A stretch of 64,000 bases of DNA from Eledone cirrhosa (taxonomy: Eukaryota), in NCBI GenBank assembly GCA_964016885.1, contig OZ024741.1:312232001-312296000 (forward strand), written 5' to 3'. The position numbers were made by a program, and so were the translations under genes. Under the pieces are notes generated by a model, which was not told where the DNA came from, did no database searches, and was given only the letters and a program-made list of their open reading frames with translations. Within the stretch, counting starts at the first letter, position 1; each line of letters opens with the position of its first letter. This document shows, piece by piece, positions 1-12,814 of the stretch.

Positions 1-114
1 ACACACGACTATTCTTATATCAGGCCATGTAAAATTCAATACCATAGAAAAACAACAACCATCTTATCCAGTTAAAACATATCATTTTAAAGCAATAATG
101 CATCGGTTCAGGTA

Positions 115-280
115 ATCTAAAGGCAGCGAATTGACAAAGTTGAAAGAACGTCGGATACAAAGTTGTGTTAATCGTTCGAGTTCCTTGCCCTATGAAGTCG
201 AATTTCGCCTAGGTAACCATTGACTTTCTTCCTTTCAAAGTCAATAAAAAAGCACAAGTTTAGTATTGGGGTCGATTTCC
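115..280 (+). mobile_element. Highly diverged copy of the tRNA-derived SINE
   Basis: aggcagcgaattgac...gaagtcgaatttcgcctaggtaaccattgactttcttcctttcaaagtcaataaaaaagcac loosely aligns with the SINE at 1081-1275. Confidence 0.5.
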
Positions 281-753
281 CGTAAATATCACTTTCTCAT
301 TTCCTTTCTCTCTTTGTCTCTCCTTCTCTAGAAAAATTAGGCTGTGATCAGAAATGGAAGAAAGATGGACTCGACCAGGTTGTAATATGCACAAAATCGC
401 CACATGTCAATACAGCACCACTACAACTCCATCGGGAGTTATGGGTTCATAGATAAATAGAACATAGTCTGATGTACATTATATCTGCAATCACAAATGA
501 AAATGTATAACTAGAAAGTCTTTGTTAATATGTATGGAAGTTCAAATAACAAAACCTTCTCTAGAGTTATGTATTGAGTTTAGCTATTTGCATTTTCAGG
601 AACTCCTACGTGAGCCTTATCCATCCAGCCATCAGAATATTCGGTTTATTTTCTTTACATATTGTCCATGCATACACTTTTTCCACGATTAGATCTGCTG
701 GCGGCCCGCGTTCCAAAATACTTTATCCCGTGCAACGCCGGATACCACTGCTA

Positions 754-755
<2 letters not shown>

Positions 756-828
<73 letters not shown>
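756..828. repeat. (TA)n microsatellite
   Basis: Seen directly. Similar tracts occur at about 10155-10232, 11240-11300, 20148-20250 and 32284-32368. Confidence 0.97.
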
Positions 829-834
<6 letters not shown>

Positions 835-860
835 TATATATATTTATTTATTTATTTATT

Positions 861-978
861 AAAATAACAGATTAAATTTTAAGCAAAGTATCACTGCTTT
901 CACCCTTAACAGGATCTTCTGAAGATCCCGTTAAGGTTGAAAGCAGCGATTCTTGCTTAAAATTTAATTTGTTATTTT
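861..978. repeat. ~120-bp near-perfect palindrome built from a dispersed repeat end (probable Penelope-like pLTR fragment)
   Basis: aaaataacagattaaattttaagcaaag...aggatcttc-t-gaagatcccg...cttgcttaaaatttaatttgttatttt. The same arm recurs at ~9928-9983 and ~11161-11226. Confidence 0.85.
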
Positions 979-1080
979 AACAAATATTTTCTCTAGGGTT
1001 CTTATATATTCGATATATATTTATCTTTACCGAGACCTCTTTGGATTTTAGTCCTCACATTTATTATTATTACTATAACT

Positions 1081-1275
1081 AGGCGGTGGATAGGCAGTAT
1101 CGGTAGAAGGTCGGGCGCCATGCTTAGCAGCAAAGTGTTACGGCCCTTTATGGTCTGAGTTCAAATCCCGCCGAGGTTAACTTTGCCTTTCATCCTTACG
1201 GGGTAGATAAAATAAAGAACCAGTAATACACTGGGATAATTACTGGCCTTGTGCCAAAAGTAGAAACAATTATTA
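1081..1275 (+). mobile_element. tRNA-derived SINE, full length
   Basis: A-box-like ggcagtatcgg and B-box gagttcaaatcc. Conserved central tttgcctttcatccttacggggtagataaaataaag, resembling the widespread metazoan SINE core domain. (ATT)n tail, flanked by tattattactata direct repeats. Confidence 0.85.
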
Positions 1276-1276
1276 T

Positions 1277-1395
<119 letters not shown>

Positions 1396-1959
1396 GGGGC
1401 AGTTATACACACATACACACATACACACATACCGACCGACTACTACGGGTATTAAATCCACGTCAACTATTATTGTGGACCGCTACTGTTAGGTTGGAGA
1501 ATCAGGTGACAACATGACTAATAATGAAAATGAGAAAAATATTTGAGGACTGACAAGTATTTAAATTATTCAATAAGTGAATACAATAATAAATGAGTTA
1601 TTATCTTACCAAAAGTTGACTGCCATGTTAATACTATAATAAATCCAGCAATAGAAAGGCAGGACATTGCAAGCTGAGTTAAATTATAAATCGAAAGTGA
1701 GTAAATCTCCGAACGTTTTGTCTGAGTGGCGTTCCTCACGACGATACTAACTGAATTATCGTTAGCGTTCAGTGTCACGAGACGACGTGTGCACCCTTTG
1801 TGATAAACTTCAGTAGATTACTCATGTTGTATTTCACTATATAACTTGATTGCGTTTTTTTGCTTCAGTATTATGTATCTTTTTTACTTCAGAATTATGT
1901 AAGACTAACATTTTAATCGTAAAAGATTAAATAAAAGAAAAAGAGAGGTTATAAGTCTT

Positions 1960-4550
1960 AATCCGTATGGCGAGCAAATGGGGTTCAACGTGCTAGCCTC
2001 CTCACAGCCCCGGCGGACTGAACGAAGAAGGCGTTTCCCCGGAGGAGGGTAAGGGAGATGGGCTGGAAGAGCCATTCCAACTCGCGAGGCGCACACCTGC
2101 GTTTGGCCAGTGCAGTGCCTATGGTGGTGGATAGAAAGATAAACCTAGGGTCAAGGACACCAAATGTCTCCTTTGTCAGAGAGCGACCGGTACTTGGAGA
2201 GTTTGGCCCCCTTAGTACCTGAGTTAGTCGCAGACAGCACCAGGTTGCGGCTGGAGAAAGTGTGGCTGCAAGTGGCATCCCAGACAAGGTGTTTTGCAAC
2301 CACGGAACGGGAAGATGGTCATACCGTCTGGCATTTTTCTGTCCCCTCGGTCCACCCCCACCGGCTCGAGCTGGGAGCGAAGGCTGCAGCCTCCAAGCCA
2401 TGCTGTATGAATTCGTTGAGGGCAGCATGGCGTGGAAATTGGCCGGCACAGGAAAGCGGGTGGAGGCCGAAAGAATCTATGATGGATCCACAGCAGCATT
2501 TATGTGGCTTGCAGATCCGGAGTCCAAGCCTCAAGGAAACGCCGATGCGCAGGCTATCTTTATCCATCTACGTGCCAGTGGAGAAAGGAGGGCAAGGCAT
2601 GGAGCCAGACAACACTCTGGGTTTTGGAGGCCTTTCAAAAACAGGCAAAGCGGTACTGGTCGAGTTGGCGCGTGAGCCTGTCTGGGGCCAGGCTGCACAG
2701 GATCGATCCGAAATGCTTTTGCGGGCCTTGACGTCATAAGGGGAAGAAGGAGGAGGGACGTGTACTGGGCTGAGTCCCAGCCAGTCCCACGTCTCACAGG
2801 CGGACCCACGTTCCTTGATCACAGAGGGTTCCATTGTGTTTTGTAGAAACTATGCTCACGAGGACGCGGCATGAGGTTACTGATGAAAGAAACGCCGGAA
2901 AAGACAGCGAGATCGGGGACCGAGTTCAAGGCCACCATATCTTACAGGTAAAGTGACCTGTTGCCATCCAATGTCATCAAACCTGACGTTGCATATCTCC
3001 TCGGCTGCCGCTCAGATACAAGTTTCGAGATCAGCGAGGAGAGACGCGTGGCTGTAGCACAGAAGGCGGCGGGTGGATCGGTGACCCGAGAATGAGGACA
3101 TCCTCTTTGGGGGTCACCTGTACCGGTTGGAGAATGGACGTCCGTGAGAGAGGCGGCAAAGCTCTCAGCATCATGGTTGACATTCACCACCTCCGACTTG
3201 GATGAGTTGACCTGGAGGCCGATTCCCCAAGGGCAGGAACCACCGATTGAAAGTCATGGCAGACAGACTCCACGGCCCGCCCAGCGTAGCATCATCCAGG
3301 TACCAAACGTTGAGAGGGACCGTAATACTACGGGCAATGTGGTCTATATCAAGGGCAAACAGGAGGCGGCGAAGGGTCACCCTCTTGGCTCCCAGTGTCC
3401 GAGGTTTTGACCGTATCAGCAGCAAAGAGCATGGTCGGGGCTCCATATGACATGCAGGCCAGCTGGTAGCCGGAGAGGGCTCGGCTGAGATAGGCATTGA
3501 GCTGATGGTCCCAGCGATTGCAGATAAAAGCATTCTTCATGTCAAGCTTGACAATGAGGTGCCTGGAGTCCCTGGATGGCGGTTCCGGTGGGCAGCTGTT
3601 GAAGAACTGTCTGGTTGCATGTGCGGCCCCCTCACAGCCACCAGACACGTCGACACCCAGTTGCACCAGACTGAACTCCTCATCTAGTTCAGGTGTTAGG
3701 GACCTGTAGACCACTTCAGCAGCCAGCCTCCGGAAGATGTTGCCCATAGCGCAGGGGTTATGCCACTCTCATTCTTCCTGAGAGCGGTCAGGCTAGCCAG
3801 AAAAAAATAGGCCTCGGGCGTGTGGATCCAGGGCGCCTAATGGTAAGTGTCACAATTGCACTCAGAAGACTGCGCCCGACGTCAGCGGAGAGAGAGGATA
3901 GCAACTTCCTGAGGTAGCCAGGTCGGAGACCATCAGCACCTCCACTGCTGCTGCTGCTAGCTAGAAAGGACTTGCGTCGGAAGACAGAAGGAGCAGGTAG
4001 TGATCGGGTGGAGGTATGGGGCGGAGGTCAGCGGGTGTCTCAGGGTGCTTGAGTCGCAGGGCAGCCAGGACATCCTCGTTGGATTAGAGGACAGTGTCCT
4101 CTGAGGCAACCACTCTGTCTGCAGCCAAAGCATCACCCTTGATTAGTTTAGAGTTGACGCCGTTACGCAAACTCTTGGCGCTGACCTCAGGGTGGAGGAT
4201 TGGAGGCACCCGAGAGCAGGGGGTGTGGTGTCCTTCGGCATGCTCGGTATGGGCGCTTGCCCAAAGGACAAAACATTGGCCTTGACAAAGTCTGTTGCCG
4301 GCAGCCCTTGTCGGTCTGCGTCAGACCTGGGGAGGCCGAGGGTGAGTGGGCGAAATGGTCGCTGGCTTCATTGGAGTCCAGGGCACTCTCAATCGAGGAA
4401 GTGAGAGCATCGTCTACCAGCACCCGGACCACTCTCGGGATCCTGAACGGAATCGTCCGGAGCCGCCTGAACCGAGCGATGTTGACCAGCGAGGCTTGGG
4501 CATCAGTCAAGCTCGCTGTCTCATCTGGCGTTGTGCCAGACGCCATAGCT
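1960..4550 (-). mobile_element. Degenerate CRE-clade-like non-LTR retrotransposon (RT + Zn motif + restriction-like endonuclease)
   Basis: Minus-strand fragments in RT-to-RLE order: GNIFRRLAA...QLGVDVSGGCEGAAHA...LIVKLDMKNAF...GSQEGDP (3349-3747), WYLDDATLGG (3171-3533), RIGVSLRLG...CKPHKCCCG...HPLSC...RHAALN (2319-2567), RKMPDGMTIFPF.G (2224-2499). GC-rich island with many frameshifts. Confidence 0.8.
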
Positions 4551-4559
4551 GTCATATCT

Positions 4560-5200
4560 ATCATTTTTTTTCCTTCTTTACCGCATAACTTTTAATCAGC
4601 TGGACAAGCTATATACATGATCCAACACTGTTTGCTTTCTTTCTCAATTAATACAATATCTGGTCTTCTCTGATCAATCTCATGGTCACGCCGTATCACA
4701 AAGTCACACAGAAACTATGCATTATTGATTTCAATAACACCCTCATGGTTATGTTCCTACCGAATGTTTACTCTGTCAAGTGCATATTTGTATCAACGTG
4801 CTCATCTCCTTTCCATGCTATGTTGTCTTGACATCTTTTATATTCTTTCTGAACTAGTGGTGCACATTGATTTGTAATATTTCATACTTTCTCTATTCAT
4901 GCCACAACTTCTACACTTAACACTTTCTGTTGTGTGGTCTACTCTATGATTAATGTAGTTAGTTCTTAGTGCTTGTTCTTGAACAGCACAAATTAAGGAT
5001 GATATTTCCGGATTTTTGAACACTTTTAGACATTCATAACTACCATCTTATTCCTTCCATTCAGTTTCGACTTTAGAAGAAGTCTAGGTCTGCGCAGCTA
5101 TTACACCATAAATTATTCTTTAATTTCCTGCTGCATTATTTTATCAACTTCCTATATCCATACGTACTAATAATCTTCCTCTTGTATTTGCTTTATAACC
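4560..5200 (-). pseudogene. R4/Dong-like non-LTR retrotransposon C-terminal fragment (CCHC finger and start of RLE)
   Basis: EISSLICAVQEQALRTNYINHRVDHTTESVKCRSCG...E (4838-5023) matches the AAQEQAL-T-CRxC signature of R4-group elements. It continues, broken, to a KEGKK..RY motif near 4560. Confidence 0.7.
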
Positions 5201-5439
5201 TTTCAAGATGCACGTACATTGATTCTGCAATTATTCCAGTCAATCATTTCCACATACAGGTAGGCATGTTGTCGGTCAGCAATTGTCCACCACATTTCCT
5301 TTAGTGAAATATCTATGCAGAAATGTGTCCCTCGTTCTGTCAGTCACTCCGGTATCACTTGGTCAGCATTTAGTTATATGATAAGTTGTTCAGTTATTCG
5401 TTCATGGCTTTGACTAAATCTTTTGACCCAGTAGCTTCG

Positions 5440-5890
5440 AACTCCATCTAGACCAGGACACAATTATTATTAAGATGATGATTTAAACCTTGATTTGAGT
5501 TCTGCTTCTTTCCAAATGGAGGGGTATTATTCTTACAGAGATTCTGCCCTCTCAATATGAGTGCAATACCAGTCAAAACAAACCTTTGCACCTCTTGCAG
5601 AGAGAGTAGACCAGGGAATATTCTCAAATACTGTTCTGTTATTTTCTTGATCATTCCTAGTTCTCCCACAATCACTGGTATTGAAACGGCCTTGAGGTGC
5701 CACATTTTGTTTCGATCAATTAGCAGATCTTTATATTTTCTCAGCTTGAGAAATTCTTTTGCCGCGATATTGTGATCAGATGGGATGCTCATATCAATCA
5801 ATAAACAAACTTTGGTATGTTGGTCTTTTATAAAGATAGTTGATCTTTTAGATTTCATGGTCTTGTCAGTAAATACAGGAAAATCTAAAA
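5440..5890 (-). pseudogene. Second R4/Dong-like RLE endonuclease fragment
   Basis: DFPVFTDK...CLLIDMSIPSDHNIAAKE..K..KYKDLLI...MWHLK...IPVIVGELGMIKK...EVQRFVLTG.A.ILR (ORF 5448-5915) is a PD-(D/E)xK RLE C-terminus. Confidence 0.8.
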
Positions 5891-6145
5891 TCAAAAATAT
5901 TAATAAATGGAACATACATTTATAAAACCTTATTTATTTTATTATACGTATTTCAAGGGTAATAATATTTAAGAACGCTTTCGTCGGATAACATATAATA
6001 ATTAGTGTTAAGATATTGACATATCTTCATGTGAACTCAATGTTATAAGTTCAGTGAGGATAGTGAATAGAGATGTACAAATATTCAACACTCAAGGGAA
6101 ATATGCTCATGATGATCAAGTTAAAACTGAAAAGAGACGTTAAGT
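5890..6145 (-). repeat. Left arm of a ~250-bp inverted repeat pair; carries a hammerhead-like motif (5939-5991)
   Basis: The reverse complement aligns with 7795-8040. Minus strand reads ttat-CCGACGA-aagcgt...accctt-GAAA-TACGTA-TA-ataa. Confidence 0.75.
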
Positions 6146-6582
6146 TTTTCTATTAAATAAAAAAAATATTGTAGAGTTATTTTAGAATTATTTATAGAAA
6201 TATACATATATACACCCAAATATAAATACATGGGTTTAAAAAGAATGATATAAATATACTTATTTATTTTATTTATTTTTTAAATATATATTTTAAGAAT
6301 ATGGAAGTATTTATAATATTTAGATGAGAATTATTATGTATTGCATTAAATTATAAACTATTAATTCATTAAAGCAATTGCAACAATATAATATGTGAAT
6401 GAAATATACAATGTATTTACATATACGAGTGGATATAGTTTTCGCATATATTTTAATATTATGAGTGTAGTTATAAATATAATGTATTGTAGTATACGAC
6501 ATTGTTATATATCGTTATTTAAAAAATAAATAATTATTCATTACATAAATGATTACGCATGAATATGTATCTTATTTAAGTA

Positions 6583-7636
6583 CTAGCTTGCCCTTCCGGC
6601 TGGTGTCCGGCTAGGTATACCAGGATTTTATATTTTCAGGATTCCCCCTCCACTCCAGTGCAAAGATACCGCACGCCCTCTCAAGTCAGCGAAGGGAGGT
6701 GGTCAACGTGCTCCGCTTTGGGATTTCAACAGTTTTTAGGATCCCCAGTTCAGCAGCCAAGACGGTAAAGAAAATTGATAGTTACAACAATAAAGGCTGA
6801 ACAGAGAACACAATTTTTTAACACACTTTACGATAATTTGTACAACCATAATGGAAATTCCAAGTAACAGAAAATAAGTAAATTACATTGTTAGAACCTC
6901 AGAGTATACAATATCTTTTGTTTGGCCTTCGGGAGCAAAGATGAAGAGATTCTTTGGTGAGCTCACCCTAGAGCCTCCTACATACAATTGACCATGGGAG
7001 AAGCATGGTTTTCCAAGATGAAGGCCAGACACTTTTAGGGTTTGACCCTCAGCTTTGTTGATGGAATCGCGAAGCTTAATCTCTCTGTTGCTCTAGTAAC
7101 ATTTTTTCTTCTGGAAAATCTGATCTTGCGGCCAGGTTGGGACTTTTTGGGTGGTATATCGACAGTAGCAATGACTATGGGACGCCTGTGAAATCAATCT
7201 GTGAACGCAGAAGTAAGTAATTCGAAAAACGTTGCAGCCTAAGGAAACAGGAAGACGATACCTTGATTCGCGAAGACAGACAGATATTATAAGCGTGCGA
7301 CGTTATAGCTATGTATCTAATGCAGACTGCAGACATACAGAGACATATTATAAGGGCGCGACGTTATAGCTCTGTATCTATCTAAAAAGACAGACTAAGA
7401 AAGAGAGGGGAATGTCGTGTAACCGGAAGTGTTGACATTTGAACATTTCAAAGAAGTGAATATTTAAATAAACGATAAAATATCTTTAATCTTTTAACGA
7501 AATTTAGAAGACAAAAATATTTTCAATTTCTTACTTGGAAAAAGTTACCTCTATGGTGCAAACTTGGTGCTGTTTGGTGCAGCCGTTTGGCGAAAGGTTT
7601 GTTACATACATACGGCCGTCAGCTTCATAATATAGA
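6583..7636 (-). mobile_element. Non-autonomous Helitron-like element
   Basis: Minus strand begins TCTATATTATG (7636, alternatively 7640) and ends with a ccgg...ccgg hairpin and CTAG|T (6583-6586). It lies between A and T, with the same terminal architecture as the validated element at 13308-13949. Confidence 0.6.
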
Positions 7637-7794
7637 TAGATATATAGACATAGAATTATAAATGAGCGTAAGATAGATGAAGCAATAATAAATATGCATT
7701 TTATACATATACTTTAAGAATGTGAAAATAATTATATTTTTTAAAGTAAAGATGTATAGTATTATGCATAATCTATTATTGCATATGGTTAGTA

Positions 7795-8040
7795 AAGCGG
7801 CTCTTTTCAGTTTTAACGTTATCCGCATTAGCTTGAGTGTTGAACATTTATACATCCCCATTCACTATCCTCTCTGAATTTATAACATTAAGTTCACATG
7901 AAGATATGTCCCTATCTTAACACCAATTATTATATTTCAACTGACGAAGCCGTAGTTAAATATTGGTACCCTTGAAATACGTATAATAAAATAAATATGG
8001 TTTTATGAAGACATTTTCCATTTATTAATATTATTAATAT
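7795..8040 (+). repeat. Right arm of the inverted repeat; hammerhead-like motif at 7941-7989
   Basis: CTGACGA (7941-7947)...accctt-GAAA (7974-7977)-TACGTA-TA-ataa. Inverted homologue of 5890-6145. Confidence 0.75.
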
Positions 8041-8569
8041 TAATGATACACCAGATAAATACTGTTGAGTGCTTCTAATCTGTCGTAAAATTAACTTTGT
8101 TGAATAATAAACGAAACAAATGACTCGTTTTGTATATGTGTGTATATATATACATATATTTTCCTCTCTTGACTTTGCTTCAGCTAGCGTGTCAGTTTAC
8201 ATGTTTTCTACCCACCCCCCTTTTTTAGCCCAATAACTTATTTAGTTGTTGTTCACCCTAGGCTGAGGTGTCTTGTCTCTAACGCGAAGAAGTACCTATG
8301 ATTCCTGGCAGACAACTGACGATGGATATTCCTCTCTTTGCCCGTAACTTTTATTTTTCATTATATATATATATATACCACCACCACCACAGCAACAACT
8401 GAAATACAAAGATTATGTCGGGATAACAAAATGGAATCTCCCACTGGATTCTTCTACATCGAACCCCACTGACACCACCACCACCACAGCAGCAACTGAA
8501 ACAAAAATAATTATAACAAAAATAACAATATCAGCAAAAGCAACAATGCTTTCTTTATTAACCACAAGT

Positions 8570-9510
8570 GTTTACACAAAGTAAGACATTAAGGACAATA
8601 CAGGACAATACAGGTCGGTACAAATGGATATATCTGCGTGTAAAATAAAACAAAAACAGACGATGTAACAAAAAAGAAACAATGAAAAATTCCCCAATAG
8701 GGGGGAGACTTCCGAGGGCCGTCGTGTAGAAAGCCCATTAAAACATCCACGCTGACCCTGACCACGAGGGCAAGTGCCCTCTCCCAATTTTCCACATTCA
8801 ATTTACAGCGACATAGTCACTCGGGCCATTCTTGCCTCGCTCACCCATCTTTCAACAAAATGCTGCGAAGAGAGCACTTCCCTTTCTACCGTGATTTTCC
8901 TTTTCAAATGAAATTTTAAAAAGTTAATCAGGGCATTACCGAAGAGGAAAGTGCTCGTGTTCAGCCCTTTCAAACGCGTCCACCATACTATCTCTTTTGC
9001 CAGGGCCACAAGGCAGATACAATCTGCCTGCCCTTCCCGGCTAAAGGAAGAGGGCTGGGCAATCCCCCCGATGGACTCAGCTGATAGTCGGATCCGTCCT
9101 ACATGCGGCAGCAGATGTTCGAAATAACCGACAAATCAGCAATGCTCGGACACTGGACGAGTGCGTGCAGGACGGTTTCGTCGCCCTGCGCGCATATCTG
9201 TATGGTCCGACTGACTGCACGTCCATGCCTGTAGAGTTTATGCCGAACTGGCAAAGCTGCTCGGTAGCCTGCCAGGGATTTCTGGAAGTTGTCCATAGGC
9301 CCCGGCCCGAACGTTCTTCCGGCGAGATGGCTAGCAGACGAGCTGGGGAAACACGCGTCTACCAGACGACGACCATACCTGATCACCGTCAAGGAAGAGG
9401 CGGAGATGTCGTAGCCTGAAGCGTGTCTGCGCATCATCAGCCACGGCACGCCCAGCCCTCCAATCTTCCCATATAAGAAAGTACCCCCTTGACAAATTCG
9501 GCTATTTATT
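8570..9510 (-). mobile_element. 5'-truncated Tx1/L1-like LINE 3' fragment
   Basis: Minus ORFs GRTFGPGPMDNFQKSLA...ALPVRHKLYRHG...C...DETVLHALVQCP and ALAKEIVWWTRLKGL...RKITVEREVL...FVERWV..ARMARV are homologous to ORF 28246-28839. The 3' UTR shares ccccctattgggga. Confidence 0.85.
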
Positions 9511-10148
9511 CACCAGGCTAAAAATTATAATGTAGTCCAGAAATAGCCGTCGAACGGCTTGAGCTCTGCCGTCGGGGTCATACTTTTTCCTATTTCCCAC
9601 TCTACTACCCTAAGTATTGAGATACTCTGGTGCGTTATGGTCCATCTGGTTCCTTACCACAATTCCTTTGTTATATATATATATATAATGTAATAATAAT
9701 AAATTTGAAGACTAAAATCCAAAGAGTGCTCGATACCATAAACGTGGTTCTGACTTTGCGCGTAATTGTTTTTCACCGCTCCTATTAATGACGTATTATA
9801 TTCGTTTTTTCCCGTTCTTTGCCAGGGAACGTTTCCACGAACCAAAATATCATCTTCCTGTCTTGCTCCGGTTGCAACGTTTCTTGAAATATCCACTTCT
9901 GCGTTTACAGATTGACTTTGTTAGTTTCAGAAGATCCCGTTAAGGGTGAAAGCAGCGATTCTTTGCTTAAACTTTAATCTGTTACCTCGGCCTCGGAATG
10001 GTGTCTACATTTTGTGGTTATAAAAAAACATTTGTCGCGCATTACCAGGATTTTTCTCCGTGCGAAGAAAATCAATACTTTATCGCGAAAATATACTTTT
10101 GTTCATATTTTGTTATTGTGAATGCAAAAATATCTGTACACCAATATA

Positions 10149-10238
<90 letters not shown>

Positions 10239-10499
10239 TAACGGGATCTTCTGAATCTAAAATAAAAAGATCAATCTGTGAACGCAGAAGTAAATATTTC
10301 GAAAAACGTTACACACTATATATATATATATATATACATACCGTATATATACATATATACCCCCCCCAACACACACACACAGCTACGTCATAATGTCGTA
10401 ATGCAGATAGCCAGGCATACAGATAGATATTATGAGGGCGCAACGTTATATTTAAGTATATATCTAAAAAGAGAAAGACTAAGAGAGAGTACACCAAAT

Positions 10500-10679
10500 C
10501 ACCTAATGCGGTCCGTAGAGCATTGAAACTTTGAAATTCTATTTGCTCAAAACACTCAGATGACCATATGTATTATATGTCTAAAGGTTGGAAATAATCG
10601 GTTGGGTGGTTCTCGAGTGTTAGTGATCGGACAGACTGGCAGACAGAAAGACAGACGTTCTCTGTTTTAGATATATAGA
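10500..10679 (-). mobile_element. Helitron-like 5' terminal fragment
   Basis: Ends on the plus strand in acagac repeats...ttttagatatatagat, like 13920-13950. I found no matching CTAG end. Confidence 0.45.
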
Positions 10680-10737
10680 TAACTTTTATGATTTTAATAA
10701 TCTCCGTCATTTTCGTTCAACTAATTCATTTACATTC

Positions 10738-10915
10738 AGTATCGGTAGAGGGTCGGACGCCATGCTTTGACGCATAGAGTTACGGCCCTTGCCATTCTCA
10801 ATTCAAATGCCGCGGAGGTTAACTTTGCCTTTCATCCCTACAGGGTCGATAAAATAAAGTACCAGTAATGCACTGGGTAATTGCTGACCTTTTGTCAAAC
10901 GTAGAAACAATTATT
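10738..10915 (+). mobile_element. SINE copy
   Basis: cagtatcggtagagggtcggacgccatg...ttcaaat...gttaactttgcctttcatcc...gtagaaacaatt. Confidence 0.85.
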
Positions 10916-11227
10916 CTTAACTCCGAAGCCGGAAATCATTCGGCTTCCTAAATAGAATATTAGTTTAATAACATCATTTATACCATAAATGCGGTTTTGT
11001 CTTTGCGTGTATTTGTTCTCATCGCTCCACATACTTCGCTTTTTTCTATTCATCGCCAGGGAACGTCTTCACAAACCAAGGTATCGTCTTCCTGTTTTCC
11101 TTCGGGGACAACGGTTTTCGAAATATTGACTTCAGCGTTCACAGATTGATCTTTTTAGTTGCAGAAGATCCCGTTAACGGTGAAAGCAGCGATTCTTTGC
11201 TTAAACTTTAATCTGTTATTTTAATAA

Positions 11228-11306
<79 letters not shown>

Positions 11307-11454
11307 CATATTTCCAATTATACAAATTATACACCATATATATACATATGCACTCACACACACACACACACATATATATATATACATACATAAACATATA
11401 GACACACACATATATAAACATACACGTGTGAGTGGACTAGACGTAAAAAGAAAA

Positions 11455-11642
11455 TAATTGTTTCTACTTTTTGCACAAGGCCAGCAATTACCAGTATATT
11501 ACTGGTACTTTATCTTATCGACCACGTAAGGATGAAAGGCAAAGTTAACCTCGGGGAGATTTGAATTTAGAATAGCAAGGGCCGTAACTGTATACGTCAA
11601 TACATGGCATCCGCCCTCTACCGATACTGCCAATCCACCGCA
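11455..11642 (-). mobile_element. SINE copy
   Basis: Reverse complement of the 1081-1275 family. Confidence 0.85.
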
Positions 11643-12189
11643 TTGTAAAATTAAACTATAATAAAGAAAGGTCTGCTGGATTGCGTACGGTTTATTTTTT
11701 TGTTATCCCTGTGTAAAATAAGTTGAATTACTTTGAATAAATAATGAATGAATATTACATAATGCATCTACTAAACTTCGTGGCTGTTCATTAAATATAT
11801 TTTGTTTATTTAAAGATTTACTTCTTTAAAATTTCTGAAATATCAACACTTCCGGTGTCGATCGCTTAAATAAACATACTAAATTTCCGTCACTAATTTT
11901 CTCATAATGCAGTTTATATATAATATCGTCTTTTTTAATGTATCTAGATTACGTTACTGATTACATAAAACAGTGTAACGCAATCTTCGTTCAATTTCTA
12001 TGTATTATATATTGTCAATTACGATTTTATTTGCGTATAATATCAATATACACACTACACATGCTAGTAGAAAACCACACGCAGGGTGGCTTTTCTACTC
12101 GTAAGTAAATAATAGAGAATAACCATACACACACACACATATACATGCATGGAACATTTTTTTTTTACATTCGCATGTACGCAGACATA

Positions 12190-12570
12190 GAGATATGGAA
12201 ATGCATATAATTAAAAAAGATTGTATATACACACATAAATAAAATTATATAGATAAATAATTATATACACTATGATATACACATATACCGCAAACAATAC
12301 GTATACATACGTACATAAACACACATATATATAAATATATACACGCGCACACACACACACACACATGCATATACATACAAATATACATATACATACATAC
12401 GCACGTCCACACATACGTACATGCAGAATATATACATACACATATATAGACATGAACATACACACACATATATGAATATACATATACACATATAAATATA
12501 AGAATACACACACATATATACATAAACATATATACATACATACATAAACAGGCTTATATTCATACATATC
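12190..12570. repeat. Cryptic (AT/AC)-rich low-complexity tract
   Basis: Degenerate dinucleotide run. It explains the spurious YVCMYI ORFs. Confidence 0.9.
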
Positions 12571-12617
12571 TATGAATATATTATGTCAAAGATAGAATTG
12601 GGGTTCCCGTTATTACA

Positions 12618-12722
12618 ATAATTGTTTCTACTTTAGGCACAAGGCCAGTAATTACCCAGTGCATTACTTGTACTTTATTTTATCGACCCCGTAAGGATTA
12701 AAGGCAAAGTCAACCTCGGCGG
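12618..12722 (-). mobile_element. 5'-truncated SINE copy
   Basis: aattgtttctact...tttatcgaccccgtaaggattaaaggcaaagtcaacctcggcggg. Confidence 0.8.
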
Positions 12723-12814
12723 GGTATCTAGAAAGAGTATAACTATTAGGTAGAAAGAAACAGATTTTGATTGAGTATTAGAGATGGATGGAATGAGGAT
12801 AGGCTCATATCATT

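Noticed and set aside
332-378. Possible plus-strand exon after a pyrimidine tract (KKLGCDQKWKKDGLDQ)
   Set aside because: The donor (gttgta) is weak, the tract may be a SINE-adjacent (CT) repeat, and there are no partner exons.
2164-4595. Long plus-strand ORFs (191 aa, 137 aa, 131 aa)
   Set aside because: They are antisense shadows of the GC-rich minus-strand retrotransposon.
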